Shown one piece after another: positions 13,101 to 24,681 of a stretch of DNA of 61,421 bases (position 1 is its first letter; every line of letters starts with the position of its first letter). The translations under genes and the position numbers were made by a program. The notes under the pieces were generated by a model. That model saw nothing but the letters and a program-made list of their open reading frames with translations. It did not search any database and was not told the DNA's origin. The stretch lies in the NCBI GenBank assembly GCA_001275005.1, contig JWZX01002777.1, positions 1-61,421 of the forward strand. The letters are read 5' to 3'. The DNA comes from Chrysochromulina tobinii (Eukaryota).

Positions 13101-15844
13101 TCTCTGATTGCCTCTCTCATCAGGTGACGGCGCCACGGTTCGCGCGATGGCGCGTCCTCGTGAGCGCCATGAAGCGCAAGCGCTCGGAACAGCGCCTCGC
13201 CGTCGCACTCGCCGCCCGCCGCCCGGCCATCGCCACCGTCGATGAGGAGGCAGTGCGCCAACTCCTCCAGGTGATTGCCTGATTGCGGTCTGATTGCGCC
13301 TGATTGCGCGTGATTGCGCTTGATTGCGCCAACTCCTCCAGGCAAAAGCCACGGGCCTCGAACCTAATCTGGACACCTCACCTCGCATGCGAGTGCTCAC
13401 CACGGCGCCATACGACCTCGCCTGGCATGCGAGCGCTCACCACGGCGCCCGTCCCCTCCCCCTCGTCCCTCCGTCAGGCAAGGCTGGGCGCCGCGCGTTG
13501 CCGAGCGATCCGACCGCTCGTGATGCTCACCACGGCGCCGCGCGAGGCGTGCGCGCGCTCACTATGGCGCTGGAGAGCTGCGGTTGTGGCGAAGGCGGCC
13601 GGCGCTGCCGCACAGCTCGCCGCCGCCGCCGCCGCCGCCGCTGCCGTCGCGCCGGCGGAGGCGGAGGCGGCGGCGATGAGAATGGAGCTGGTCGAGCTTC
13701 GCACTCAACGGCAACGCGAGTCGGAGACGCAGGGGATGCTGCAGGAGGCGATCCAGGTGATTAAATACCTCATCAGTCTGATTACCTCCCTCATCAGGCT
13801 GATTGCCTCCCTCATCATGCTAATTGCGGGTGATGCCCAGACGCCTCTGATGACCTCTGATGACTTCTGAGGGCCTCTGATGACCTCTGATGACGTCATT
13901 GAGTGTCTCCCTCATCAGGCGGGCGATGCCCAGACCCGTCGCGTGCTCCAGCTGCAAAAGGCGGTGCGATCTCCCTCGATCTCCCTTGATGGCCCTTGAT
14001 TTCCACCCGCCCAACCGCTCGCGACATGCCTGCAATCAATGGATTGCGATGGATTGCGCTTGATTGCCTCCCTCATCAGGTGGGCGCCACCCGCCGAACC
14101 CTCGCGGCGTGTCTGCTCCGCGCCTCCCTCGCCGCCGCCGGCAGAGGCCGGTGTGCGCATGCATTGCACCGCTGGGCGGTCGCGGTGCATGCGCACGAGC
14201 GCATCCGAACGGTGCTCGACGTGCGCACCGCGAACAAGGCAGCCGAGGTGCGATATCCCTTGTTTGCCATTGATTGCCCTTGATTGCTCGACGTGCGCAC
14301 CGCGAACAGGGCAGCAGGCGTGCCGTTGTGTGCTGGCTGGCTGGCCCAGTAATTGGCATGCTGATTGCCTCCCTCATCAGTCTGAGTGCCTCCCTCATCA
14401 GGCTGATTGCCTCCCTCATCAGGTGGCGCGCTCCACGGCGCGCACCGCCGAGGGGATCGCCAAAGATGCGCAGTCCGCAGCGAGTCGCGAGGTCGATGTG
14501 ATCAAAGGCAAGTTGCACACGGTCGAGAAGCATCACGCTCCCTTGATTGCCTCACTCATCAGGCCGATTGCCTCCCTCATCAGGCAAGTTGCAGACGGTC
14601 GAGAAGCAACGCTCCGCACTTCGCGCCGAGGTGAGCGCGCCTTGATTGCACTTGATTGCACTTCGCGCCGAGGTGAGCGCGCCCTCGCTCCGTCAAGCGG
14701 CCGTGAATGCAAGTGCTCACCACGGCGCCCCCCCTCCTTTGCAGGTGAACGCCCTAACTGCCGAGCTCGAGGCCGAGAAGCGCCGAGCGGTGAGCCTGAT
14801 TGCGTTCTGATTGCGACTGATTGCGTTCTGATTGCACTCTGAGAGCGTTCTACATACGCATCTGATGGCATGCAATGGCCTCACTCATCAGGTGAGCGTG
14901 CAGGAGGAGCACGCGCACAAGCTAGGCCTACTCGAACGCACCGCCGCAGCGCATGAGAAGCGAGCACGGCAGCTGGACGTTGTGGTGCGCAAGCGTGTGC
15001 CCCTGATTGCACATGATTGCACCTGAATGCACCTGATTGCACCTGAGTGCACCTGAGTGCACCTGATTGCCTCCCTCATCAGGTGGGCGAGCGTGCTGAG
15101 CTCGAGGCGCAGCTCCGTGCACTCCATCGAAAGATGCGACAATCCTCCTTGCTCCTCGCCCCCCCCACGTCCCCCGGCGCTCACCACGGCGCCTCGACCG
15201 TCCCCTCGCCCGGGGGCTCCCTCCCGGGCGCTCACCACGGCGCCTCGACCGTCCCCGGCGCTCACCACGGCGCCTCGCCCGGGGGCTCCCTCCCCGGCGC
15301 TCACCACGGCGCGACCCCGACGGACGCGAGCGCCGTCGTGAGCGCCGCGGCCGCGGACGGCGTCGGCGCGCGCCGAGCGCTCAATCTCGGACAAAATCTC
15401 GGACCGAATCTCGGACCGAATCTCGGTGGCGCGCGCGTCGTCGCGAGCACCGCCTCCTCGCCCCCCCGCACGTACGTGCCCGCGTCGCCCCCACGCACCG
15501 CCGCCCAGGACGGCGCCACCGGCGCTCGAGACGACGCGCCGTCGCCCAGGACGGCGCTCGCGGCCGAGCGCACCGACAAGGAGCAAGCACTCGCGCTGCG
15601 CACGCGCGCCGTGCGCGACTTGAAGGCGTGCCGGGACGCGCTCGCGCAGGCCAACGGCCGGCTGGACGAAACCCAACGGCTCCTCGCGCAGGCCAACGGC
15701 CGGCTTGACGAAACCCAACGGCTCCTCGCGCTGGCCAAGCTGCTCTTGCATGCGCGCAGCCGCGTCGGACGTCCCGCGGCGCTGCTACGCATGCTCGGTG
15801 CGCTCCGAGACTGGGCTGCGGCGACGCGGACCGCGCCGTGGTGA
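10182..15844 (+). CDS. Large multi-exon coiled-coil protein
   Basis: Successive Ala/Glu/Arg-rich coiled-coil exons are joined by introns ending ...CTCATCAG (10556, 12778, 13123, 13918, 14079, 14422, 14891, 15082). Intron 10456-10556 joins LLG|DLDALIVEV in frame. Confidence 0.65.
12623..12778 (+). repeat. 22-nt intronic tandem repeat x7 ending in the splice acceptor
   Basis: GCACCTGATGGCCTCCCTCAT(T/C) starts at 12623, 12645, 12667, 12689, 12711, 12733 and 12755. Only the last copy is followed by AG. Confidence 0.95.
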
Positions 15845-16939
15845 GCACTTGCATGCAGCGGCGCCGCTACGCATGCTCGGCGCGCTCCGAGACTGGGCCG
15901 CGGCGACGCGGGTCGCGCCGTGGTGAGCACTTGCATGCAGGGCCGCGGCGCGCGCTTTAGGAACACGAACGAGAATCGAGAAGCGCTTGACGAGCCTCGA
16001 TCTCGATGTGTCTCAACAGGCGGTTACGCGCGATGACGGACGCCGCTGTCGGACCCTTGTTCGCTTGGGAGACCAGGCGAGAGAGCAGAGAGAGCAGAGA
16101 GAGCACAGACAGAGCGCTGTGGTGAGCACAGAGAGCGCTCCACTCTATCTACTCGAGGCTGTACGCCATTCACCGCGCCAGTGTGTGCGAATCGTTTATG
16201 AAACGTACCGAAACGGTCGCTTCGATTTTCGTTGAATTGATTTCGTTACGGTACAACTCGTTACTCTTTATTTTACACCGGCGCTACCCACACGTTCGAA
16301 CATATCTCGACTTTTCGCGCCCCCACGACGCGCCACCCTCCCGTCACACTCTCGGCCTGTAGCAAGACCCTTTCGAACGCCGACGATCGCTGCTCTCTCC
16401 TCGCGGATGCCACCGTACTGCAGACATGGATGCAAACTCATGGCAGTCCCTCGTGGCTTTTCTCGTGGCTTTCTAGCGGCGGAGACAGGGCGCCCTCTGC
16501 CCCTGCTATCGCGGCCGTTGAAGAGACGCACGGTGCATCGCCAAAGGGCAGCACGCTGCCCTGCACGATGCAGAACGCGACACTCGGTGCGCGCGGAGCC
16601 TCACCGCGTGAGGTCGCGAATGCTGAGCGGCGGTGGCGCATGCACGGCGGGAAGACACCCCCCCGGAGAGGCAGCGCCGCCGCTCATGGGGGGGAAGGCA
16701 CGCTTCTTGCGGCTGGTCCGAGGGAGGCTCGCAGCTACTTCATGCAGCTACATCTTGCAGCAGCGCCACGTCGAGCTGCCACATCTCCACTTCCAGCAAC
16801 AGACCCTGAGCATAGCGAGCCGGGTGGAGCAGGCGTGAGGGGCAGGGGGGCGCTCAGAGGTGGGAGCACACGAGGGGAGCGCGGGGCGGGGGCCGAGCCG
16901 AGCGGTGCGAAAGGCTGCGGGTTCGAATCCTTCGGGGAG

Positions 16940-19900
16940 CTACCAAAGCAGTTGTTTTCCAAAGTAGTTTTGAATGCAGCAAACCAAGAGAGTATAAACC
17001 AAAGTGCCCGAGCACAGCTGCATGCAATCCATGTCCTTATCGCCCCCCTTCGGATCGCACCCCAGCTGCGGGCACAAGGCCATGTGGAGGCACGCCGGCA
17101 GAAAGTACATCGGCTCCGTGGGCACGCAGCCAAAGATCGCCTCGCCGTCCGCCGAGACGCAGCAGCACGGCGCCAGTGGCTTACAGCAGTCGGCGCAGGG
17201 GCCGCGGAAGTGCTTGTCTACGGAACTCAAGCCCCCCTTTGGATCGCACCCCAGCTGAGGGCACAAGAACATGTGAAGGCCCAACGGCAAGTTGTAGCCG
17301 CGCTCCGTGGGCACGCAGCAAAAGATCGCCTCGCCGTCCGCCGAGACGCAGCAGCACTGCGCCAGTGGCTTGCAGTTGGCGGCGCAGGGGCCGCGGAAAT
17401 GCTTGACTGATACTTCTGCCTGAGCGCGACGCTCCTGTTTAGCGCGAAGTTGCGCGGCGCGACGCTCCTCTTTCGCGCGAACTTCTGCGGCCGCCTGCGC
17501 GGCCGACAGCTCCGCGGCGGTCGCAACGGTGCACTTAAGCGCCGGCTGCGCAGACCACGCAGAGCCCGTCCATGCTTGCCACGTCGCGGAGCTCGCATCC
17601 GGGCTGGCAGTGTCTGCGTCCGTGAGCATCAGAGCGCCCCTCTTCTGACCAAGGTCGGCCTCGGGCTGCCCACGCCAGTCAGCTCCGTCGAATGCAACCC
17701 AGCAGCGTCCGTTTGTGTGCTTCCACGCGGGCCGGCCGTTGACAAGCGTGCCGTCGAGCATGTAGAAGCCCGCGTACTGGGCCGCGGCGCCAGGCAGCGA
17801 GCCGCCCTCGAGCTTGAGTCTAGGCGGCAGAGCCGCCTCCCGCTCCATCAACATCGGCATCACGCCGCGCTTGATCGCCAGTACGTGCGTCTGTTTGGCC
17901 TCGCGCGCGGCCGCCGCCTCGCCCTCCGTCCTTGTCATCACCCCTGCTAGGGGCACCACTTTGGCGTCCGCTCGCGCCTTGGCCTCCTGGCACTCAGCCT
18001 CCGCTCGCGCCTTGGCCTCCTGGCACTCACGCTCGCCCTTCTGGAGCGCGGCCTTTGCACGTTCCACCGCCGCGGCACTCGCTGCAACCCGCTGCAGCAG
18101 CTGCGCATCGATCCTTTGGAACGCGCCTTGCACGGTCACGTTGAGCGCCTTGATCTGGGGCAGCTGCCCTTGCTTGTCGCTTAGGTTGGTTACCGTCACG
18201 TCCGGTTTGGAGAGAAAGTCGAAGGCCTGCTGAGGCGTCTTGTTGGCCCAAGTGTCGACGAGCACCTTTGTGTACAGCTCAGCATGTTCGGCAGCATTCT
18301 GGATGCACACGATGTGGTAGCGCGCGTTTTTCGTGCCAACCGCCGACTTGAGGCCGTTGGGTGTCGCAAACTGCATGCTCAGCCACGCCTCGAACTGCGT
18401 CCAGAAGCGGGACGCGTACGAGAGGTCGTAGAGGATGAGGACGGTCGTGCCCAGGAAGAGCATGTTGACCTGCGCGCAAATGAATGGTGGAAAGCAATGG
18501 CGGGATGTGGGGAAAGGGTGGCGAGGAAAGAGCGGTGTCCGAGGAAAAGTGCGGCGCAGACCTGCGACAGCATGGTCTTGAAATCGGACGTGTCCTCAAC
18601 GCTGCGAATGAGGCCGATGGAAGGCTGGTGCTGTGGCATGGAGCCGCCATCGATCCACACGAGCTCGATCCGCTTGCCAGCCGACGAAACGAGAAAGGCC
18701 TTGATGGCCTTGAGCTGTTCGCCGTCGGGGTCGGGCTGAGCAGTGACCATCCAGCGATGGGAGATGGACAGAATCTTCTCGACATGTGTCCCGCGGACCA
18801 CCTCTTCATAGCTGATGGTCACCTCGACGAACGCACTCGGGTGCTTCGCGCGCAGCTCCTGGAAAAAGGGCAGGTTCTTGCCGGAGAAGGTGCGCAGGAA
18901 GTCCGCCTTGATCATCCAGAACCTACACGAGACAGGGCCTGCTGGCCCTCGAACAGCGCTCGGTGGTGCGGCCTGTGCCAGTGCAGCACTGGGATGTAGA
19001 TCAGGGAGGCTCGGCGTGGGCTTGGAGGCAGCGGCGTTCCTCGTTTCACCCTCGCGCTCCATGACCGTCGCATCCTCGCGCTCCATGACCACGGGGTTGA
19101 CTCCGAACAAGCTCCCCACCTTGTCGCGAGCATGGTCGATGAGCTGCGAAAGCGGGCCGTCGGCCTTTCGCAGATCTTGGTCGAAGCACGTATCTAGCTC
19201 GCCGGAGCCACGCTCTCCGAACTCCACCACGTACGCGCCATTCGCCGCATCGTACGTCGTCACATGGGCGAGCCGCTTCTCTCCGTGGCCTTGATCCACG
19301 TACACGCGGCTGCCGACGGGGAAGCGCGGCCCCCTTGACGGCCCACCGGCGGGTTTGGTGGGCGGAGGCGGTTGCGGCGTGGGCGTGCTCGTGGCAAGGC
19401 TCGCCGGTGCCGGAAGATGTTTCTCGAGCTCCGCCACGATGTCTTCGAGGGCTGTGGCTCTGTTGAGCACCGTGCCGGGGTTGGGGATGTTATTGAGCGA
19501 GTTGAGCTTCTCCTGCACTCGATATTTCCGCATCTCCCAGTCCGGGTCGTCGAGGTTCGTCCACTGCTCCTCTTTGGCAGGCAAATTGTCCTCAAAGCGC
19601 ACCGGTAGGAGAGCGATCTTGTTCTTGATGGCCGTGTCAATCTCCTTCAGGCAGGGCCTTGAGTGGAACAATCCCGCGGTGAGGATGATGATGAGCACCT
19701 TGGGCTTCTCACGCTTCCCGTTCTCGCCAGTCAGGCGCAGCATAAAGGTCTCCCAGTCCACGCCCGGGGGCACTTGCAGCCCGGAGAAGCACTGCAGGCC
19801 GCGCTCGTGGAAGAACTCCATCAGCCCCATGGCGTACATCACGCCGGGTCCGGAGCCTTCGCAGTCGTCTGCAGCGTCTTTGCGATTGGTACGGCGACCC

Positions 19901-20058
19901 GATGCATACGTCACAACAATGGAGGGGTAGAAATCTCTGTACAGGACGCCTTTGGGGAGCTGCATGCGCGCTCGGCGCTTGCATCCCTCCAGCTGCTCGA
20001 TTGTGATTGCGCGCGGCACGACGAAGCGGTCCCCATGCGCCTCGGGGAGCATGTCCAT
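16940..20058 (-). CDS. TIR + SH3/Tudor-like + HET-domain protein with coiled coil and duplicated Cys-rich C-terminus; one intron 18561-18470
   Basis: TIR-like motifs SIVVTYAS, FSGLQVPPGVDW and VLIIILTAGLFHSRPCLKEIDTA. HET-like motifs ILSISHRW...PDPDG.QL, VWID..SMPQ and SRFWTQFE. A GT-AG intron joins MLSQ|VNMLFLG in frame. Confidence 0.8.
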
Positions 20059-20192
20059 GAGTGCCGCCTTGCCGTGGAGAGGTCGCCTCCCACTCACCGC
20101 GGGACCACACTCACACCACAAGTGCGCGTTCGCCCGGACCCAAAACTTCAACTTTCTGGGGGAGGCGACAATTCGGTGCCGGTAGAATCCCA

Positions 20193-20229
20193 CAGTGGCG
20201 CCGGCCCCCATTGGGGGCCGGCGCCATTG
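20193..20229. other. Perfect palindrome/hairpin
   Basis: TGGCGCCGGCCCCCA-T-TGGGGGCCGGCGCCA with 15-bp perfect arms at 20196-20210 and 20212-20226. Confidence 0.9.
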
Positions 20230-20286
20230 GCCCAGGTACTGGCGGAGCTCTCGGTTGCCGACGCGGCCATCCCACCAGCGCGAAGA

Positions 20287-20651
20287 TGGTACTCTCACCG
20301 CCGCTCGCCACTGCCGACCAAACCGTCCTTCAGCACGCCGAGCTGCTCCAAGTGCTCGCCGACGTGCACAAGCGCAACAAGGGCGGGCGCAACGATAAGC
20401 ATGACACAGCACGGGTGCGGTTTATCAAGGACTTCGCGCTGCGTGGGCTGCGCTTCGGAAAGCTTGTGCCGACCGCGGACCTCGACATGATCCGCCTCGA
20501 GCCAAAGGCGGAGCTGAGCGGGCCGAAGCTCGCGTCCATGGACGCGTGGGACAAGCGGCATCCTCCTGATCCACGCTCGGCGAGTGAGGTCGTTGCAATC
20601 GACCTGACAGTGGAGCAGCTGGCGACGCTAGGTTTCCAAGAACGCGGCTGA
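20287..20651 (+). CDS. Small hypothetical ORF (~120 aa), possibly a mobile-element fragment
   Basis: MVLSPPLATADQTVLQHAELL...LATLGFQERG* has normal globular composition, but no family is recognised. Confidence 0.35.
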
Positions 20652-20719
20652 CTGCTTTGCTCGATGGCAGCAGACAGCAATCAGGCGGCGGGATAGCTGC
20701 CGGTCGCCACGACATCGTC

Positions 20720-20771
20720 GTTACTCGACACCGTCGTCGTCATGCGACGACGGTGTCGAGTGACTTCTTTT
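20720..20771 (+). other. Long hairpin followed by T-rich tract
   Basis: ACTCGACACCGTCGTCG-TCATG-CGACGACGGTGTCGAGT forms a 17-bp perfect stem, followed by GACTTCTTTT. Confidence 0.9.
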
Positions 20772-20839
20772 GCGTTCCCTTCGGGGGGGCGCGCTAACGG
20801 GCGCGTCTGCCAATATTACTTTCAACGCCGCTAAGTCCC

Positions 20840-22800
20840 ACCGCAGCCGCCGCCCGACCTCCGCGCCAAGCTCTAGCCCCCGCCTCACCGAGCCCGCGCC
20901 CGCCTGCCGCAGCCGCCACCGGACCCGCCCGCCGAAGGCGCCGCCCGCCGCCGTACGGTAAGTAGGCTCACCTGCAGCCGCCGTACGGTACGTAGGCTCG
21001 CCGGCCCGCCGCAGGCGCTGCCGGAGACGGCCCGCCGCAGGCGCCGCCGGAGACCGCCATCCGCAGGCACCGTCCAAGACCGCCCGCCTCAGGTGCCGCC
21101 GGAGGTGCAGGCTTGCCCGCCGGAGGTGCCCGCCGCAGGCGCTGCCGAAGACAGCCCGCCGCAGGCGTCGCCGGAGCCCGCCGCAGGCGGATCATCCTGC
21201 GGTGGTTGCAGTGGCGGCGTGGGGCGCCGTGGCGGGCGACCTGACGGCTGCCGTTGCCTTACCGCGTTGCTGGTTGCCCTGGCGGATGCGCGGCCTAAGG
21301 TGATGAACTTAACGAGGAGCGAAGCTGAGATCAGGTGGCGCACCCGAACCGCGAGGAAGGAAGTGTGGGAATTCGAATCGAGTGACCGAAACGGCGCCCA
21401 CGCTTTTTTGCTGTGTAGCTCGAAGCACCTTGCTGTGTAGCTCGAAGCACTTGCTGTGTAGCTCGAAGCGGGCGGCTTCAGCGCGCCCTATGCCGTACAT
21501 ACTCGTCGATCCTGATCGCCGGCAGCACGTACTGGCCACCCATGGGCACAGTCACCACCGCTCGACCTTTCTCCGTCGCCGCTGCTGCCCACCCACCTGC
21601 CAACGCCATCGCCACCTGCCTCAGCTCCGCCAGTGAGCCCAACGTACAGCATGGACCTCTCTTCCCGGCTGCCGCCGCCTTTGCCATGGGTACGCCTGCC
21701 TTCTCATCCGGCAGTGAACTGCAAGACCGATCCAACGGCCTCCACCCGCACATTGTCAATGGCCTAGCCCTGGCCCACTGCTCAACGTCGAGTCACCATC
21801 ACGTGTGGATTGGAGCTGTCAAGCGGTCACACGTTCGACTCTCCTTGCATCCGCGCGGCCCAGGTTCGAGCCCTGGACGTGCGGAGTTCTTCTTCATCCT
21901 CGAGTTCCTCGTCGAAGGCGGCGACACAAACGGTGCGCTCCGAGGATCGAACCACTGCTGCAACTGATGAGCATGCAAGCTCTTGCTAATCTGCAGCTTG
22001 TACTGCGTGCCTTTGCATGTGATTTTGGGCCGACTGGCTTTGCGCCTAGGCCGCGTTTGATAAGTGCCATTCTCGAGCCCGTCAATTTCTCGGTGTTTTC
22101 GCTTTCCCCGTACTGAAGCGTGCGCGACTGATTCGTGTCGCTCGCAGGGACTTGAACGCGTGGAGCCTCCGAGCCGAGCGTGGTTCGCATGCGCACTGTC
22201 GCGTGCGACTCACGGCTGCATGCCTCGCGTTCGATCGTGTGGATTCCGTCCTCCTTATCGAGCTCCTCCGCGACACAATATGTGTGTTGCTCGAGCCGCT
22301 GACGCCAGCCTGCCATGCATAGATGCATTCGCGCTGCTGAGCTGCAGCCGGGCCCAAAGCTCCCTAGCCATTGCGATTTTGAGAGCTCACTTGGCGCCCG
22401 GGCCGCGTTCGGTAAGTGCTATTCTTGAGCCCGTCATTTTGGCAATATCTTCGCATTGCAACGCTTAGCCTGAAGTGACATTGTAGTGAAGCGTCTAGCG
22501 TGCGGTGAGCGGCTGAAGTTAGGCTGAAGGGCCTTGATGTGATTCATGCATATGGATTGTTACTTCTAAGCTCTAGCCATGGGCCGCAATCCCTCCCAGT
22601 ATCCGACTCGAAAAATTTTAGTATTTTCCGATGAATCCGGACCGTCCGCGTCAGAAAAAATTTCGCGGGGCTGCCGCCCCGCACCCCCCAAATTTCGCCC
22701 TCCATGGCACGACTTTCAGACACATATTCGGATTTTACCTCACCAACACGCACAAACCAAACTCAAATGCGTGAAGGGTAACACTCACAACACACCAACA
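20840..22800. mobile_element. Probable degenerate non-autonomous element / repeat-rich non-coding block
   Basis: GC-rich tandem units (CCCGCCGCAGGCGCYGCCGGAG), a 21-nt x3 repeat at ~21408-21470, a tRNA-like T-arm at ~21860 and a diverged ~46-nt direct repeat at ~22042/22394. No transposase and no clear TIR/TSD. Confidence 0.3.
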
Positions 22801-23015
22801 TTCTTCACATGAACAAAAATGGACTCGCACTGCAGTGTGGTGCGCTGGTGCCTGTGGTCGGGTCCGAGAGTAGAGGCGAGGGGTATCGGGGGCTCGCTAT
22901 ACTCGTCCACCGCCACAGCTTGTCTGTCGGTATATAATCCGCGAGGTCGACGGGCATCTCCGCGCAACACGCATTATATAGTAACACAGTGTTATATAGG
23001 TAGCGCGACGCCACG

Positions 23016-24506
23016 TCAACTCAGAGACCACCTGACGTATGCAGAGGTGCCGAAGGTTCGTAGGGGATTTCGCATCTGTAATGCCGTCCTCAGTGTGCCG
23101 ATGAACGCATCAAACGTTCGGCGGCTCTGCACAGGAACGACAACCACTACGGCGCCGCACGGGCGGCCGCCAAACGGCGGAGCGCTCTTGCGATGCGGCT
23201 GGCCAACAGGCGTCGCCGGACGGCACACGCCTGTCGGTCCATGCACCTCGCCATGCGGAAAGATCGTCTTGTAGCGCGCGCCTGGGAGGCTGAGAGCGAG
23301 CGCGTGCTGGACGGCCATCTCGACCTCGTCTCGGTATTTGCCGCGCACGACGGAGGGCTCAGTCGAGTTCGAACCAGATGGCCAGCTGCAGCTCGATCTC
23401 CCGGCCTCGAGATCGGCCGACCTTGGCGCCAGGGCGGCGCCGTGGTGGGCACCCGACGGGTATCGCTTCTCGAGGAGCAGCCTCTTCATCACATCCTCAC
23501 AGACGAAGGCTCGCGCAGAGACCCTCGACATCAGGGCGATCTTGTCTTCGGTTCTGTTCTCGTCGTGAGCTGCCATCAGCGCCAGAAGCTGCTGCGCAGC
23601 CGGCAAGACCCTCGTGTAGCATGCAGCAGCAAAGCAACGGGCGTTCTCGGGACAGCATGCTAGCGGCATGGCCGCCGGGAAGCGGCGGACGTTGAGCCCA
23701 GCGGCGTTGAGCAAGGCTTTCAAGAAGGGCTCGCTCTGCACCAGGCCACGATCGGCCACCTTGCCGCCCCTCAACTGCCGATCGATGCGCATCACGTCGC
23801 CACTGACGATGGCTTCCCAACGGCCAAAGTAGACTTTGGCGGCGTCGCGCGCGAGCACGGCGTGCCGATCATTGTACCCTCCGTAGTAGTCCTCGCCGTT
23901 CGGAATCCACACGTAGCGAGGGTCGAACATCTCGAGCGGCGGGTGCGGCCTCAGCCACACGGCCTCCAGGCGCGAGTGCACCAGCCATTCATACGGTCGG
24001 TTACGTTGCGTCTCTTGTGGCCCGATAAGGTCGCTCAGGCATCGTTGAAATCCCACGAACTCGTGCAGGCTCGACGTGGTGCCGAGCACAGGCGAGAATA
24101 TCGTATTGCCCATGTACAAGCCGGTGCAATCGTACCGAGGCCCATCAGCGATAGTGACGTTACGCACACAGCGCTTGCCGAAGGCATGCACGATGGCTGG
24201 CCAGTGCGGAAGTGCCTCCATGGCGGCCACAAGTTCCGGGGTCGACGGCAGGCGAAAGACGGAGACCCGATTAAAGGGTTTCAGCCCATGTAGCCGCTCC
24301 CCAATACGGCATGAGCTCTCGCTATCGCAGTTGTCACTTGCGAGGTAGCCGAGGGCCAAGTGCACATCCGCACCTATGGCATCGACCAACTCACGGCGTA
24401 TGCTCGCACCGCCGTCTGCTACCTCCCGACCGAGCCAGCCAGATAAGCACACGGCTGCGGCTGCTGGTCCGAGTGCGCTGCTCGGTGACCGAGCTTTCTT
24501 GGGCAT
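23016..24506 (-). CDS. Hypothetical glycosyltransferase-like protein
   Basis: 496-aa ORF with AVCLSG, YEWLVHSRLE..W..PHPPL and VWIPNGEDYYGGYNDRHAV motifs, typical of an algal GT-A-like family. Confidence 0.7.
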   Translation of the reverse strand: MPKKARSPSSALGPAAAAVCLSGWLGREVADGGASIRRELVDAIGADVHLALGYLASDNCDSESSCRIGERLHGLKPFNRVSVFRLPSTPELVAAMEALPHWPAIVHAFGKRCVRNVTIADGPRYDCTGLYMGNTIFSPVLGTTSSLHEFVGFQRCLSDLIGPQETQRNRPYEWLVHSRLEAVWLRPHPPLEMFDPRYVWIPNGEDYYGGYNDRHAVLARDAAKVYFGRWEAIVSGDVMRIDRQLRGGKVADRGLVQSEPFLKALLNAAGLNVRRFPAAMPLACCPENARCFAAACYTRVLPAAQQLLALMAAHDENRTEDKIALMSRVSARAFVCEDVMKRLLLEKRYPSGAHHGAALAPRSADLEAGRSSCSWPSGSNSTEPSVVRGKYRDEVEMAVQHALALSLPGARYKTIFPHGEVHGPTGVCRPATPVGQPHRKSAPPFGGRPCGAVVVVVPVQSRRTFDAFIGTLRTALQMRNPLRTFGTSAYVRWSLS

Positions 24507-24681
24507 ATGGAGGGGGCCGTCGCCGCATGCCGAGAGCTTCTGTATTGACGAAAACGCGTGCGAGTTTCACGAGGACAGGACTGTGAATAAATAGCTCCGC
24601 GTGCGGTTATTCATGCCGAAGGCGCCTTGAGTTCACGCGTTTTTGTCGTACATGTACGTCGAGGAGCATCTTCAACATACG

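Noticed and set aside
16890..16940. GGTTCGAATCC B-box as a tRNA gene
   Set aside because: No T-stem pairing or cloverleaf, and the spacing to the A-box-like sequence is too short.
16430..17410. 326-aa plus-strand ORF
   Set aside because: It is largely antisense to the TIR-HET gene's Cys-rich tail and has no recognisable domain.
20840..22800. Autonomous transposon or Fanzor/TnpB locus
   Set aside because: No recognisable transposase, RT, RuvC or HUH motifs in any ORF, and no clear TIR/TSD.
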